Shown one piece after another: positions 51,949-63,065 of a DNA stretch of 63,065 nucleotides. How positions within the stretch are numbered: position 1 is the stretch's first letter; every line of letters starts with the position of its first letter. Source of the DNA: Octopus bimaculoides (lineage: Eukaryota); the NCBI RefSeq assembly GCF_001194135.2, contig NC_068984.1:52681136-52744200 (forward strand), read 5' to 3'. The translations under genes and the position numbers were made by a program. The notes beneath the pieces were generated by a model that ran no database searches, was not told the DNA's origin, and worked only from the letters and a program-made list of their open reading frames with translations.

Positions 51949-53669
51949 CGCTAATGCGGTAATAATAAGACCGAAATCTATTTGAACTTACTTCTTTCAC
52001 TTGCTAAAATATAATATTAGTTAATGACTAGTATTGTTTTTGTTTACTCATCGCATAATTATTTCTGGTTAGCTTTTTAATGCATTGAATAGGTTAAATA
52101 TTGTAAGTATAGTACTTTTACATTATTTGAAATTATAATGAGTTATTATTATTCAAGTACTGTGCTATACGCAACAATGACTAAATTATTTATAAAGGCA
52201 TTTGAGATGTTAAACTATTTCCTTCAATACTGAATCTAGCAGATATATCACAATTAAATGTGAATTTATATAAGTATATGAGTTAAATGTTGTAAAACCA
52301 CTTTTACTGCACACCAAGTTGATATTTTTAACCAAATGTTCAGTAATATTTAAGTTTAAACATTTTTAAATTAGAATTTTTTTTTTATTTTCATTTCAGT
52401 TGGCGTTTTGTTTTCTGAAAACGGGGCAATTTTTTTTTTAATATTCACACACAATATTCAGTTAAGGCATTGTCTAATGTCCTTGATTCTTATTATTACA
52501 AGTTCTAGTAATGCAGTCAGATAGCACATATATTTCAGAAAGTTACTGACCGATTCATTAAATGTAAAATAATCTTAAAGCAATAGCTATCTTCAACAGA
52601 TATGAATAGGAACAAAAAAAAATCTGCTTGGAGATGTCAACTTACATTTAAGCGATTTCAACACGGAATCAGAAGCAGGGAACACACTTTCTCTATCATA
52701 ACATCACCCCGCTTGTGTTATTTTGTCAACAATTCTACTGATCTTGAAATTCAAATAATTCTCTCACCGAATAGTAGTTATTTATTTCATTTGGGGAACA
52801 TCCTGAATCCAAGGAAACTGGTGAACGTTCGCATCCGCAATAACGCTAATGGGGCATTCTTTCGCTATGAATATATAAATTGGTCACCAAAAAAAATTGA
52901 AAGAGATTAAAAGTGAAGGTATTTAATAATCTGTAATAATCGGCAGTGCAATGAAAGCGGAAGGATCTATACTTTCCGTGAAATTCCTAATACTGAATGT
53001 ATTTGTAATTTGACGTAATGCGGTAGATTGCCAGAATCGTTAGATTATGGAAATAAATGCCTTGCGGTATTACTTTCGGCTCTTTACGTTCTGAGTTCAA
53101 ATCTCGCTGAGGTTGACGTTAAAATAAAGTACCAAACAATTACTGGGCGGATGTAATCGTCTGTTTTTTTCCCCCTGTGTTTCTAACCTTGTGCTTATTT
53201 CGAAGCAACAACTTTGGTGGAGCGAGTTTTAAAATAATACTCAGTAATTCAATTTGCATATTCTCCCGATTAGCAAAACACATTGGCTGATCCCAATACT
53301 TCAGTCAATTATAAATTTAATCCATTGATGCAAGAAATTCAGTTGCACAATAACTATTACGAATCATGCGAACATTTCGTTCGAAGTAATGGCAATCCTT
53401 AAATTTAGAACATCACTTTCATTTTTTTCCAAACTATTAATTAACCAAAGTGAAAGTAAGTACTGATGTCGACTGGTTCGAAAAGACGGTACCTCAGCAT
53501 GACTGCAGCCCAATGGCTGAAACAAGTAAAAGATATACATCAGAACAAGATTTATGCATCGGAATAAAAATTTACAAAATATGTAATTACACGGGGCAAG
53601 CCTAGACTCCACCATACACGCCGAAACAGAGAATCTCCGCGTAAATGTTCCAATATTGTATATAGATCG

Positions 53670-53722
53670 AGGAGGAGACCTGACAGAAACGTTAGCATGC
53701 CGGTCGAATTGCTTCGCGGTAT
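53670..53722 (+). mobile_element. SINE family B head, 5' part of the copy split by E2 and E3
   Basis: GGAGGAGACCTGACAGAAACGTTAGCATGCCGGTCGAATTGCTTCGCGGTAT; resumes at 57644. Confidence 0.85.
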
Positions 53723-55341
53723 AACGGCTCTGTGAATTATTGTGAACACTGTTGTGTTATTTTGTGAAGGCTGTCTCGGTTAATAGTTGTGGTTTTTGTG
53801 GAATTATTACGGTTGCATTTCACGTGAGCTGCTGCATTTTCCCCAGCTATGGCAAGTGGTAGTGTCTCCAGTATGGAGAGCTACGCCAAAGCCACTGCGG
53901 TGAGGAGTCAGTGCCGCTAGAAACCAAGTTAATCAAGTTGGATATGGAGGAGGTGACCAGAAGCAGGAATTTGATAGAAGTTGAGGGAGACTCATACAAA
54001 TTGTGTCCCCCAAAAGAGACAAAAGAAAATTCTGAGGACAGTAGTGTATCGTACACAGGCTGTCGAAACCGGTAAAATTGAAATGGTGACGGAAGAGGGA
54101 ATCGAGGAGTGCCTGGGTGAAATTGTCATTGAAGCCACGTACATCAACAGAGGAAGAAAGTTCGGTACGGTAGAGGTGAGGTTCGCCACTATAGAAGAGG
54201 CAACCAAGCATGCGACCAACCTCTTAAGAAGTGAAAAAATAGCATTGCTACCAAGTTATAGAGGAAGAAGAAGTATGAAAATACGTATTCCCAGAGTTAC
54301 ACCATATATTAAACCAGAGTGGTTGGTTGCAACAGTGCTGGCTGCAACCAAGGAGGAGCCGGAATTGGGACCAGTGGTGAAATCAAAAGTGCACAAATGG
54401 TGGGGATTTGGACTAGAAATGTGGCTTTTTGCCACATTGGAGGACATAGAAAGAATTCTCTACCAGATAGAAGTGGAGGATGAGAGAACATTAAATGTTG
54501 TAGTCGAGGGAAGGAAACCAAATTGTTACATATGCAGGGAAAGAGGTCATATGAAGACCCAAATGCCCCTTATAGGAGTTGCCACAGCAAGAGAAAGCAC
54601 AAACAGAGGAGGAAAGAATTGTAGACCACACTGAGGAAATAAAAGAGAAAGAAGTGTGAAACAGAGAAAACAAAGGAGAAGAACGAAAATGGAGCTACTA
54701 ACCCTAAAAAGCGAAGGAAAAATAAGTCAAAGGAACGGTCAACAGAAAACAAAACAGAGATGAAAAAGCCAGAAACTAATAATGTACAAGAAGAGGGGGG
54801 GAGAGAACGGATAAAGATGTGAAATACAAGGGGGTTTTGATAAAGTACGAGAATTGCGAGCAGATGGAGAGTAGGGTCGAGAGATTGGGAGAAGTAATAA
54901 GAGTGAAAATGCCAGAGAAATGTGCTGAAAGATGCATTTTGATACCTGAGGAAGGCTGCTGGGATCGCGTAGAAGAACTTGGTGAAATTATAATGACGAA
55001 ACGGATATGGTTGGTGGAGACCCCCCCTAGACTGATTATTTGCAGTTGTTATGGACGGACGTAACAATGATTAATGGAAGAAAAGTAACGCGAGTGTTTG
55101 AATTTTTTGAGTTACAAAACCGTTAAAATGTTTACATGATGTTGAACGTAAAAGTGAAAAACTGGATAAATGTAACCACCCGACTTTGGCGATCGAGTGG
55201 ACATTGCGCCTCATTTTTTTTCATTCTTGCATATTATTTTATTTTAATTACCCCGATTTTATGTTGGCGTTTTGTACTGTCTTTATGTTTTGTGATGTCT
55301 TAAACATTCTTTGTATAACCCTTTATGGGTAATAAAGAAAT
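53723..55341 (+). mobile_element. Full-length ORF1-only (HAL1-like) retroposon E2
   Basis: 5'UTR, MASGSVSSMESYAKATA start, putative RRM-like region, CCHC knuckle, K/E-rich linker, C-terminal segment, hairpin plus T-rich 3'UTR, tail ACCC-TTTAT-GGGT-AATAAAGAAAT. No gap and no APE/RT motif. Confidence 0.88.
53981..54634 (+). pseudogene. ORF1p-like protein of E2 (putative RRM-like region plus CX2CX4HX4C knuckle), frameshifted
   Basis: TYINRGRKFGTVEVRF..LLPSYRGRR..VEGRKPNCYICRERGHMKT; the last Cys is recovered by removing one base (ACC-C-AAA-TGC). Confidence 0.8.
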
Positions 55342-55619
55342 CGGTAGTCCGTCACTGTGGAGTTATTGCTTGAGTTTATGCTGAAATATTTATCGAATTG
55401 TTATTTGCCATTGTTATTTGATTTGAATTGTTGTTAGAACTGTTGCCATTGTTAATTTGTTAATTGGGGGGGGGGTCCCATTGTGGGAAACTGGAGAAGA
55501 TGCAGGAGGGAGGTCTAAGTTATGCGGCTGCAACGAGCAGAAGAGTAGACGGTGCAAGAGTTGGAGGTCCGCGAGATAAAGGTGGAGCCTAGAAGGAAGA
55601 AGGAGAGTGAAAAATTAAT

Positions 55620-56154
55620 GGATCTATTTTAAAACGGGGGCCACATTTTTCATTAATGTTTTACGTAGTGTTTTTTGTACGGAAAGACTTTCAAACTTCG
55701 TATACTTATCTATTTTGTGTTATANNNNNNNNNNNNNNNNNNNNNNNNNNNNNNNNNNNNNNNNNNNNNNNNNNNNNNNNNNNNNNNNNNNNNNNNNNNN
55801 NNNNNNNNNNNNNNNNNNNNNNNNNNNNNNNNNNNNNNNNNNNNNNNNNNNNNNNNNNNNNNNNNNNNNNNNNNNNNNNNNNNNNNNNNNNNNNNNNNNN
55901 NNNNNNNTAGGGTTAATTGTTTCAGAATCGTTTGTTTATGTAGTCGGCACTTAATGTATATCGGCTGAATGAACGTCAGTGATTGGTTGAAATTACAGAA
56001 ATACAACTTTAACATGGAATAACTTATGGATTTCTTTTTTTTTTTTAAAGAAGACTAAGAGAAAAAGATGTTTTATATGACACATTCTACCAGTGTTCCA
56101 AGTTTCAAAGTGTTTCGTTAATGAAAAATGTGGCCCCCGTTTTAAAAAAGATCC
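55620..56154. mobile_element. Second copy of the Merlin-like GGATC-TIR MITE
   Basis: TIR GGATCT(A/T)TTTTAAAACGGGGGCCACATTTTTCATTAA; TSD AAATTAAT at 55612-55619 and 56155-56162; TAGGGTTAA at the right edge of the internal gap. Confidence 0.88.
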
Positions 56155-56245
56155 AAATTAATCACTAAGGAAGGTAATATTCTGAAGCTAACGCCACCTG
56201 AAGAATTATCGGCCAACGTGTTAAAAAGAACGGTAACTTAAAACC

Positions 56246-56848
56246 ATGAAGACAGCCACAAGAAAAATAGAGATTGCGCCTCTAGAAGCCATAGAGGAGT
56301 GTATCAAGGAGTTGAAAAGATTTACAACATACATTACGAGAGGGAGAAAATACGCCACTGTGGAGGTGCGCTTCACAACAGAGGAGGAAGCAATAAAGCA
56401 TTCCACAGAGGCTATAAGGTCAGAAGAATGGATGCTCCTGCCTTCGTACTGCGGCAAACGTGTGACCAAAGTGCGAGTGGGTAGGGTGCTACTCGAATTA
56501 AAGGCAGAATGGCAGATGACAGCAATAACATATAATATGAAGGATGGGAAGATTTTGAAGGCTACCAGGACCCAGAAAGTAAACTACTGGGGATATGGTA
56601 TTGAATTGACAGTACAGGCAACTACGGAGGATTTAAACTGTGTGGTGGATGAGATTGTGTTGCCAGAAGATGTAAGATTGAGAGTTAGTGTAGAGGGGAG
56701 GCCACCAATATGTTTCACATATGGAGAGATGGGCCACATGAAGGCGTGGTGCGCCCAAAGAGAACAACAAGCAGAACAGGTGGAGAGACAAGAGAGTGTG
56801 GACCAGGTCATTGGTAACAGAAAAAGAAAATGGATTTACTATGGTTAA
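56246..56848 (+). pseudogene. ORF1p-like protein of E3 (putative RRM-like region plus degenerate CCHC knuckle)
   Basis: TYITRGRKYATVEVRF..LLPSYCGKR..VEGRPPICFTYGEMGHMKAWC (second Cys replaced by Tyr). Continues by frameshifts into 56796-57116 and 57123-57395. Confidence 0.8.
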
Positions 56849-57643
56849 AAAGAAAAGGGGGAGGGGCGGAGGAATGAGTTCTCCGCCAGAGAAGCAGAAA
56901 AAGAAGAGAGAAGAGGTGAGAAAAGAAACTGTGATGGAGGTCAGTAAGAAGAAAGTGGAGTTACCAGTAAAGATAGCGGTTGTTCCAGTGGAGAAAGATT
57001 TGGAAATACAACTGCAGGAAGGAGAGTTGGAGAGATTATTTAGGTTAGAGGAAGGAAAAAGAGAACAAAAAGTACAAGATAAAGGAAAGAAGATACGAGG
57101 AGGAGATGGAGTGTAGCATTATGTGACATACCCAAAGAATGTTGAAACAGAAAAAAAGATAAATAAGTTTCATTCAATAGTAAGAGTAAAGGTACCTTCA
57201 TATGTCTACGCAGAGGATATGAAGGCAATACTGATGGAAGAAGAGAATTACAGAAAGTTGAAAGAGATGTGTGGAGATAGCGTTGACCCACCAGGAGTGG
57301 ATGTAGAATTCAAGGAGTTGCCTCCAGTAGTGAATCTGAGAGATTTTGAACCACTGAGAAGTTCTACTAAAAGAGGAAAAAATAATGTATGTTAAATGAT
57401 GTTATTTTTAGGAAAATAATGGTGATAAAGTAGGGAAAAAAGAACAATTGTAGATAGTACATATAATGGTTCAAATGGTACCGCATGGGAGTGGGGCCCG
57501 TGTGGCCATTTTCATTTTTTTTTTCATTATTATATAATCTCATCCCATTTACATTCGTTTTATGTTTTTTGTCTCCACTGTGGTCTTGTCTGTTCTTACG
57601 GTGTCCGCATCTCTGTTTAAGGCTTTATGCCTTATAAGGAAAT

Positions 57644-57805
57644 CAGTATTTCGTCCGTCTTTACATTCCGAGTTCGTATTCCACCAAGGTCGACTTTGCC
57701 TTTCATCCTTTCGGGGTCGATAAAATAAGTAGTACCAGTTGAGCGCTGGAATCGATGTAATTGATTTACTCTCCTACCTCGGAAATGCTAAAATTTGAAA
57801 CTAAC
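57644..57805 (+). mobile_element. SINE family B, 3' remainder of the copy split at 53722
   Basis: CAGTATTTCGTCCGTCTTTACATTCCGAGTTC..GGTCGACTTTGCCTTTCATCC..AAATTTGAAAC. Confidence 0.88.
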
Positions 57806-57904
57806 ATTGCACATAGGTTGACGTAAGCATATTTTCGAGAATGAATTATCGAGAGGCGCCATCTACACGTGAAACAATAGTTAAGTTTGTGTTACTATAT
57901 ATTG

Positions 57905-58245
57905 TAGACGCAATGTGATTAAATAGTTAAGTTCTCTCTGCAACAAGAATTCAGATTCGATTTTACAGTGTAAAATCTTAGGAGCAGTCATTTTCTATAG
58001 CCTTGAGTCGAGCCATGCCTTGTGAGTGAAACTGGGTAGATGAGAATTGTACAGAAGCCTGGCCTATTGCGTGGACTGTAACTGTAAGTCAAAAAGTACA
58101 GCCTTGTCACATACTGTGGTTCTGCCAGAGAATTGCGTTAAGAGTACACACGCCTATAGAATACTCGTGTTAATTCCAGAGCAAGTAATTCAGTTGATCA
58201 ACAACTGAATCTTCATTGTCGAACGACGGGGATCCAACAACACTA
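57905..58245 (+). mobile_element. Old chimeric SINE: family A-like head plus OR-like 3' module
   Basis: CTATAGCCTTGAG..GCCTTGTGAGTG then CAGCCTTGTCACA..GTTAAGAGTACAC..CAGTTGATC..CGACGGGG..CAACAAC; a similar arrangement lies at ~18333-18555. Confidence 0.55.
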
Positions 58246-60934
58246 TATGTAATGCAGCAAGTGTTAAAAATCCCACTAGAAATAATTATGCTTCAAGGAA
58301 AGGGTAAGTTTAGTTAATTACTGACATTGGTTTAATTATATTAACAAATATGATACGAGCCAACGAGGAAGCTTCTTGATAGTCGCTTGACATGCTAGAA
58401 ATAGCAACCAAATTGCCTTCAAATTACACTCTACTCCCTTGGAAAAGCCTTTGCAGTCTTAGATATATAAAAAGATGTAAACGAGATGGGCAGTCGCCTT
58501 CGGTCACAGATATAAGAGTAACGAAATATTTCTTTTTGCTTGCCTGTTAAATAACATAGTGTCAGCAAAATATTCTCTGACTCCAGGTCCCTTAGAAACT
58601 TTGCTTCGTCACTGCTTTGATCGTGAATTTTTTTGGTTTAAGTGCAACCAAGAGTTCAATAACATCAACAAGAGAAACAACGTTCATTTCATTATATGAA
58701 GAAGGTTAACAGGCTTTGCTAATTAGAAAATATGTTGCAACATTTCTTTATTGATATACAGATACAAAGTCTGCTCAAATTATATATATTTATATATCTC
58801 AGAAAAAGCATAACTAACAGTGTATAACAATTTTTTTTTCTTTGGTCAGTAAGTGTTATTTCTTATTTGCTTCAATCTAGAGATCAAAAGAAATGACTAC
58901 TATTCCCTTCAGGCTTTACTTTTGTGGCCCGGACATCAATGTTTTGAAACTGGCCTATTTTCCATTACATTTCAAACATTCAGTGCTGAGTTGCTGAAGC
59001 ACAAATATTGTTATAGCGAATATTCTGCTCAATACCACAGTTTTGGTTGTGAGTTGCTTAACCTTAACCACGTCTCTTAGTGGCCGACAATATGTACAGC
59101 TCTAATTACGAGCCGGAGTAGTAGGGGGAGAGCATCATAGTCATGCGTTGAGAGGAATTCTTTGGGGTTTGAATAAATGTAACAAAAGCAAAGTTTGAAG
59201 GAAACATTAGCCAGTTTTCATACTTTCTTGGGGTAAGCAAATAGGAAATAACAGTTTCTACCAAGGACAAAAATGTTACACAGTGTAATGAGCTGTACAT
59301 ATTTCTTTATTGAATATCAGAAACATCTGTAAGTCAAAAATGCATGAATAAAGACATAAAGCTTATTATTTATACCTTCTATTGTATATCACTCGCTGAA
59401 ATAAGTCTAGTTTAACTGGAGAATACAACCATCGAGTTACAAAATCAATTGGTTATGGACTACAATCTCAGGCCTTGCCTTAGGATTACGTGGAGTTCTT
59501 TACTAATCTAAAAACATTTTGTTAGCTTGGTACATTTTCCATGAACAGAGAGCCTATGAAATATTATGTCCAGATTTGCAATCCCTTATCAATAACTCTT
59601 TATATGGTACTTGTTTTTGCTCAAGGTGTCGTGCGGTGAGACTGAACTCGAAACCACGTGATTGGGAAACAAACTACCAACACTGTCACGCCTGCAATAA
59701 ATAAATAAATAAAAAGTGAGGTCGTAACTAAATGCAGCTTGAATTTTGTTTGACCTCCAACTATTATTACGGACGATGCTAACTCGAAATGGATAGGGGA
59801 ATAATTTTCTGTTGGTGATAACATTGGCAACAGATACTTTAATGACGATAAACGAACTTGTTCATAAAGTCTATAAAATTCAATTATTTACTTAGAGAAA
59901 CCATACTTAAAATGAAACTGGTTAATGTCACAATGAGTCAGAACATTTACTCTAAGTATTCTGAAGGTGGGTTCTGCATCTACTTGCTTACCATTACAAA
60001 AATGTGTATATAATATCAAGAGTTATTGTTTAGCTTTACTGACTCTTTAACAATTAATTCTTCTGTTTCTATGTTTTTAACTGTTCTAAGTGAGGTCAAC
60101 AGTTTAAATTAAACAAGTTATTACACTACAAACGCTTTAAACTGTCCCCGCATTTCTCCTATATTTCAATTTTGTTTAATTCTTTTTTTTTATATATATA
60201 TTTATACTGCCAAATTCTATTTTGTCACAATTTTTCTGTCTACATTTCTTTATACATCTTGTTTTTGACGTCTAATTGCCTTCACTCCACTTTCTGCATT
60301 TTACTGTAGCTAGCGTTTTCTGTGCCAAGCAACATTTTCAAATGACTTCTAAAATATAATTTTTTTAAAAAATTGTCTGCCTTCTAGTATAAACCTTTTG
60401 CACATTGTGTGTGTGGATGGTCTGTGTGTTTGGTGGTGGGGGTTCTTTTATTTGTTTGTCATTTGACTGTGGCCATGCTGGAGCACCGCCTTTTAATCGA
60501 CCAAATCGACCCCAGGACTTATTCTTTGTAAGCCTAGTACTTATTCTATCGGACTCTTTTGCCGATTGGAGGAAAACTCTACCTTATGCCGATGAAACGA
60601 AGGATGTGAATCGTAGATAATGACCTTTGTAAAAATCAAAGTATAATGTTTGAATAAAAGCAGATGCAAAAAGAATATTTCCGCATTAGTTGTAGCCTGG
60701 TAAAAACGTTATGAATAGTGTAACAGAAGGAAAGTTGCTCTAGGATAATGACATAGAGAAAAGTTTCTTAAAATATGTTCAGTGGGACATGAAAGTTCAT
60801 TGAGAACACTTTAGAACTTCGTGATAGACGGAAGCAAAAAGAAGTGCAAGAGGATATGAAAAAATTTAGAGCATTTTCTCAGGGAAATAAATTGAATTTA
60901 GAAATACCTCTACTTAAAAGTAGAAAAATTATTT

Positions 60935-61320
60935 TAACTCTTGTTTCAGTCATTGGACTGCGCCCACGCTGGGTCAACGGCTGGAAGGGTTTAGTCGAAC
61001 AAATCAACCTCAGTACTTATTTAAGTCTGGTACTTTATTCTGTCGGTGTCTTTTACCGAAGCGTTAAGTTACGAAGACGTAAGCCAACTAACACCAATTG
61101 TCAGGCGGGTGATGGGGAGACAAACACGTACACAAACGCATTTATAGATATACGAGAGGTTTCTTTCAGTTTCCCTCTGCCAAATACACTCATAAGGCTC
61201 TGGTCGGTCGAGCTATAGTAGAAGACATTTGCCCAAGGTGTCACGCAGTGGAATTGAATCCAAAATGATGTGGTTGGGAAGCAAACGTTTTTACTTCATA
61301 GCCATGCCTGCACCTATAAT
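60935..61320 (-). mobile_element. SINE family A, full length (further fragments at 60400-60570 minus, 61485-61625 plus, 62045-62245 plus)
   Basis: Reverse complement of the family A tail, body and head. Confidence 0.85.
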
Positions 61321-61623
61321 AGTTATTTTAATTAACAAATAATTATTTCCTGGTGATGAAAATCCGTAAGACTCATCAACAGTAATAAGTGACAGGATGT
61401 CGGGCCAAATTGTGTGGGTTGCTTTCATGAATAATGTTTACGTTACCTATAATTGTATCAACAGAAGAGAGAAGTTTTAGTAGATATGGCTATGTGGTTA
61501 AGTAGCTCGCTTTACAAACTCAGGGTTTCGGATTCAGTCCCATTGTACGTCAAGTGTCTTTTGCGATAGCCCCGGGTCAACCAATGCCTTCTGAGTGAAT
61601 CTGGCAGTGTGTGGAAGCTCGTC

Positions 61624-61667
<44 letters not shown>

Positions 61668-61751
61668 NNNNNNNNNNCAATCTCCACATTTTTTCTATAC
61701 CAGCCACAGACTGCTTGAAGCTTAAAAACTTCCTACACTTGGATCTTACCC

Positions 61752-61813
<62 letters not shown>

Positions 61814-62606
61814 GCAGCAGTATTAACACCGAATGGCAATCTTTATATACTTGGAAACGTGGTTGCATTATTAGAACGAATCCTATGATATTTGCTTTGA
61901 GAGGTCCCGTCACATATATGTACGTTACTAAGAGCACAGACATGTACCATAACAAGGAGAATCGTCTGATATGAGCGCCGGAACTGCCAGATCATTGTGA
62001 TTTCAGCGTACTGCACTTCCTCAATAGTAGGTGTCCGATCCAGCATACCATATGTATGTGTGTTTGTGTATCTCTCCCACCGGTATTGGTTTGTACCCGT
62101 CCTCGCAATCTAGTGGTTCGGCAGATAAGACCCCAAGAATAAGTACCAGACTTTAAAATAAGTATGGAGATTGATGTGTTCACCTGAACCCTTCAAGGCG
62201 GTGCTTCGGCATGGCCACAGTCCAGTGACTGTAAGAAGTAGAAGATAAACGATAATAGACACATATTTACAGTCGTTCATGACTCGAGACAGATTAAATT
62301 CTTTAGTAATTTTTTATAGAAGATTAACAGATTAATACTGGGAGTGCTATTATTTCGATAGGGAGTGTTATACAGTTTTATGAAGTGCTATTCATTTCCA
62401 GACATCTTATCAAGAAAGTTTGTTTTAGGATGTTCTATGTTTTTTCAGCCTCTATTTTGTCCATATTCTTTTATGAGGAGAAAATTCATTACATTTACAG
62501 ATCAACAACACTTTTAGGACATTCTCATTCACTCAATCGCCATCCTTTTATTTGTAGTAGAAATTGTGCAGATCATTGCCAGTCATACAGAGACGGTCTG
62601 TCAGTT

Positions 62607-62607
<1 letters not shown>

Positions 62608-62690
<83 letters not shown>
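62608..62690. repeat. (CT)n microsatellite
   Basis: Direct reading. Confidence 0.95.
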
Positions 62691-62691
<1 letters not shown>

Positions 62692-63065
62692 GTTATATAT
62701 TAATGAAAAGATTTCAGATTTTGATGCTGTGCTTTAACTGTTCTCTTTAGTTTGCATATTGTGATAAACATTTTATTCCTACATCTGGAGTCTTTCCTCT
62801 TGAAGAATATTTTTTTAATTGTAAATGTAAGGACGCCGAAATTTAGCTTGTTCGAGGCGCCAGCCAGCCTGGAGCTTCCCAGCTGCAATATAATCATTCT
62901 CCACTCCTTTTGTGTTTCAATATTAGTCTATATGTGTGTATCTATCTTCACAGAGATGTATGTGTGCAAGCATGCATGTCATTTACATGGGTGGATTTGA
63001 ATATTTTGATTCATATAAGTGTACACATTTTACTATGCTTGAATGTGAATATATATATATATATA

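Larger units (their letters stand above)
55354..57643 (+). mobile_element. Full-length ORF1-only (HAL1-like) retroposon E3, interrupted by a MITE
   Basis: 12-bp TSD-like CGGTAGTCCGTC (55342-55353) / CAGTATTTCGTC (57644-57655); MQEGGLSYAAAT start; tail TAAGGC-TTTAT-GCCTTA-TAAGGAAAT; no APE/RT motif. Confidence 0.85.

Overview
AT-rich, microsatellite-dense eukaryotic scaffold with about 11 N-gaps. The SINE families look like those of an octopod cephalopod (inference from repeat recognition, no search run). No host protein-coding gene can be established; only two weak candidate terminal exons were seen. The window is mainly nested transposon remnants: several tRNA-derived SINE families (my labels A, B, C/CORE-like and OR-like), one tRNA-Phe pseudogene, two L1/Tx1-clade ORF2 3' fragments, an RTE-BovB-like LINE ending in three C2H2 fingers, a very degenerate CR1-group LINE, a mariner remnant, two hAT transposase remnants, several MITEs (one carrying TAACCC repeats) and Helentron/DINE-like elements. 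The most interesting signal is an apparent retroposon network. Three 1.6-1.75 kb TSD-bounded elements encode only an ORF1-like protein with no RT, and there is one truncated relative. Two of them inserted one after the other at the same nucleotide of a SINE head. These elements, the Tx1-like LINE and SINE family B all end in a 5-nt-loop (YTYRT) hairpin, with stem sequences that differ but still pair, just before an A-rich terminus (usually ...AAAGAAAT). Coordinates of degenerate repeats are approximate (about +/-20 bp) unless a TSD is quoted.
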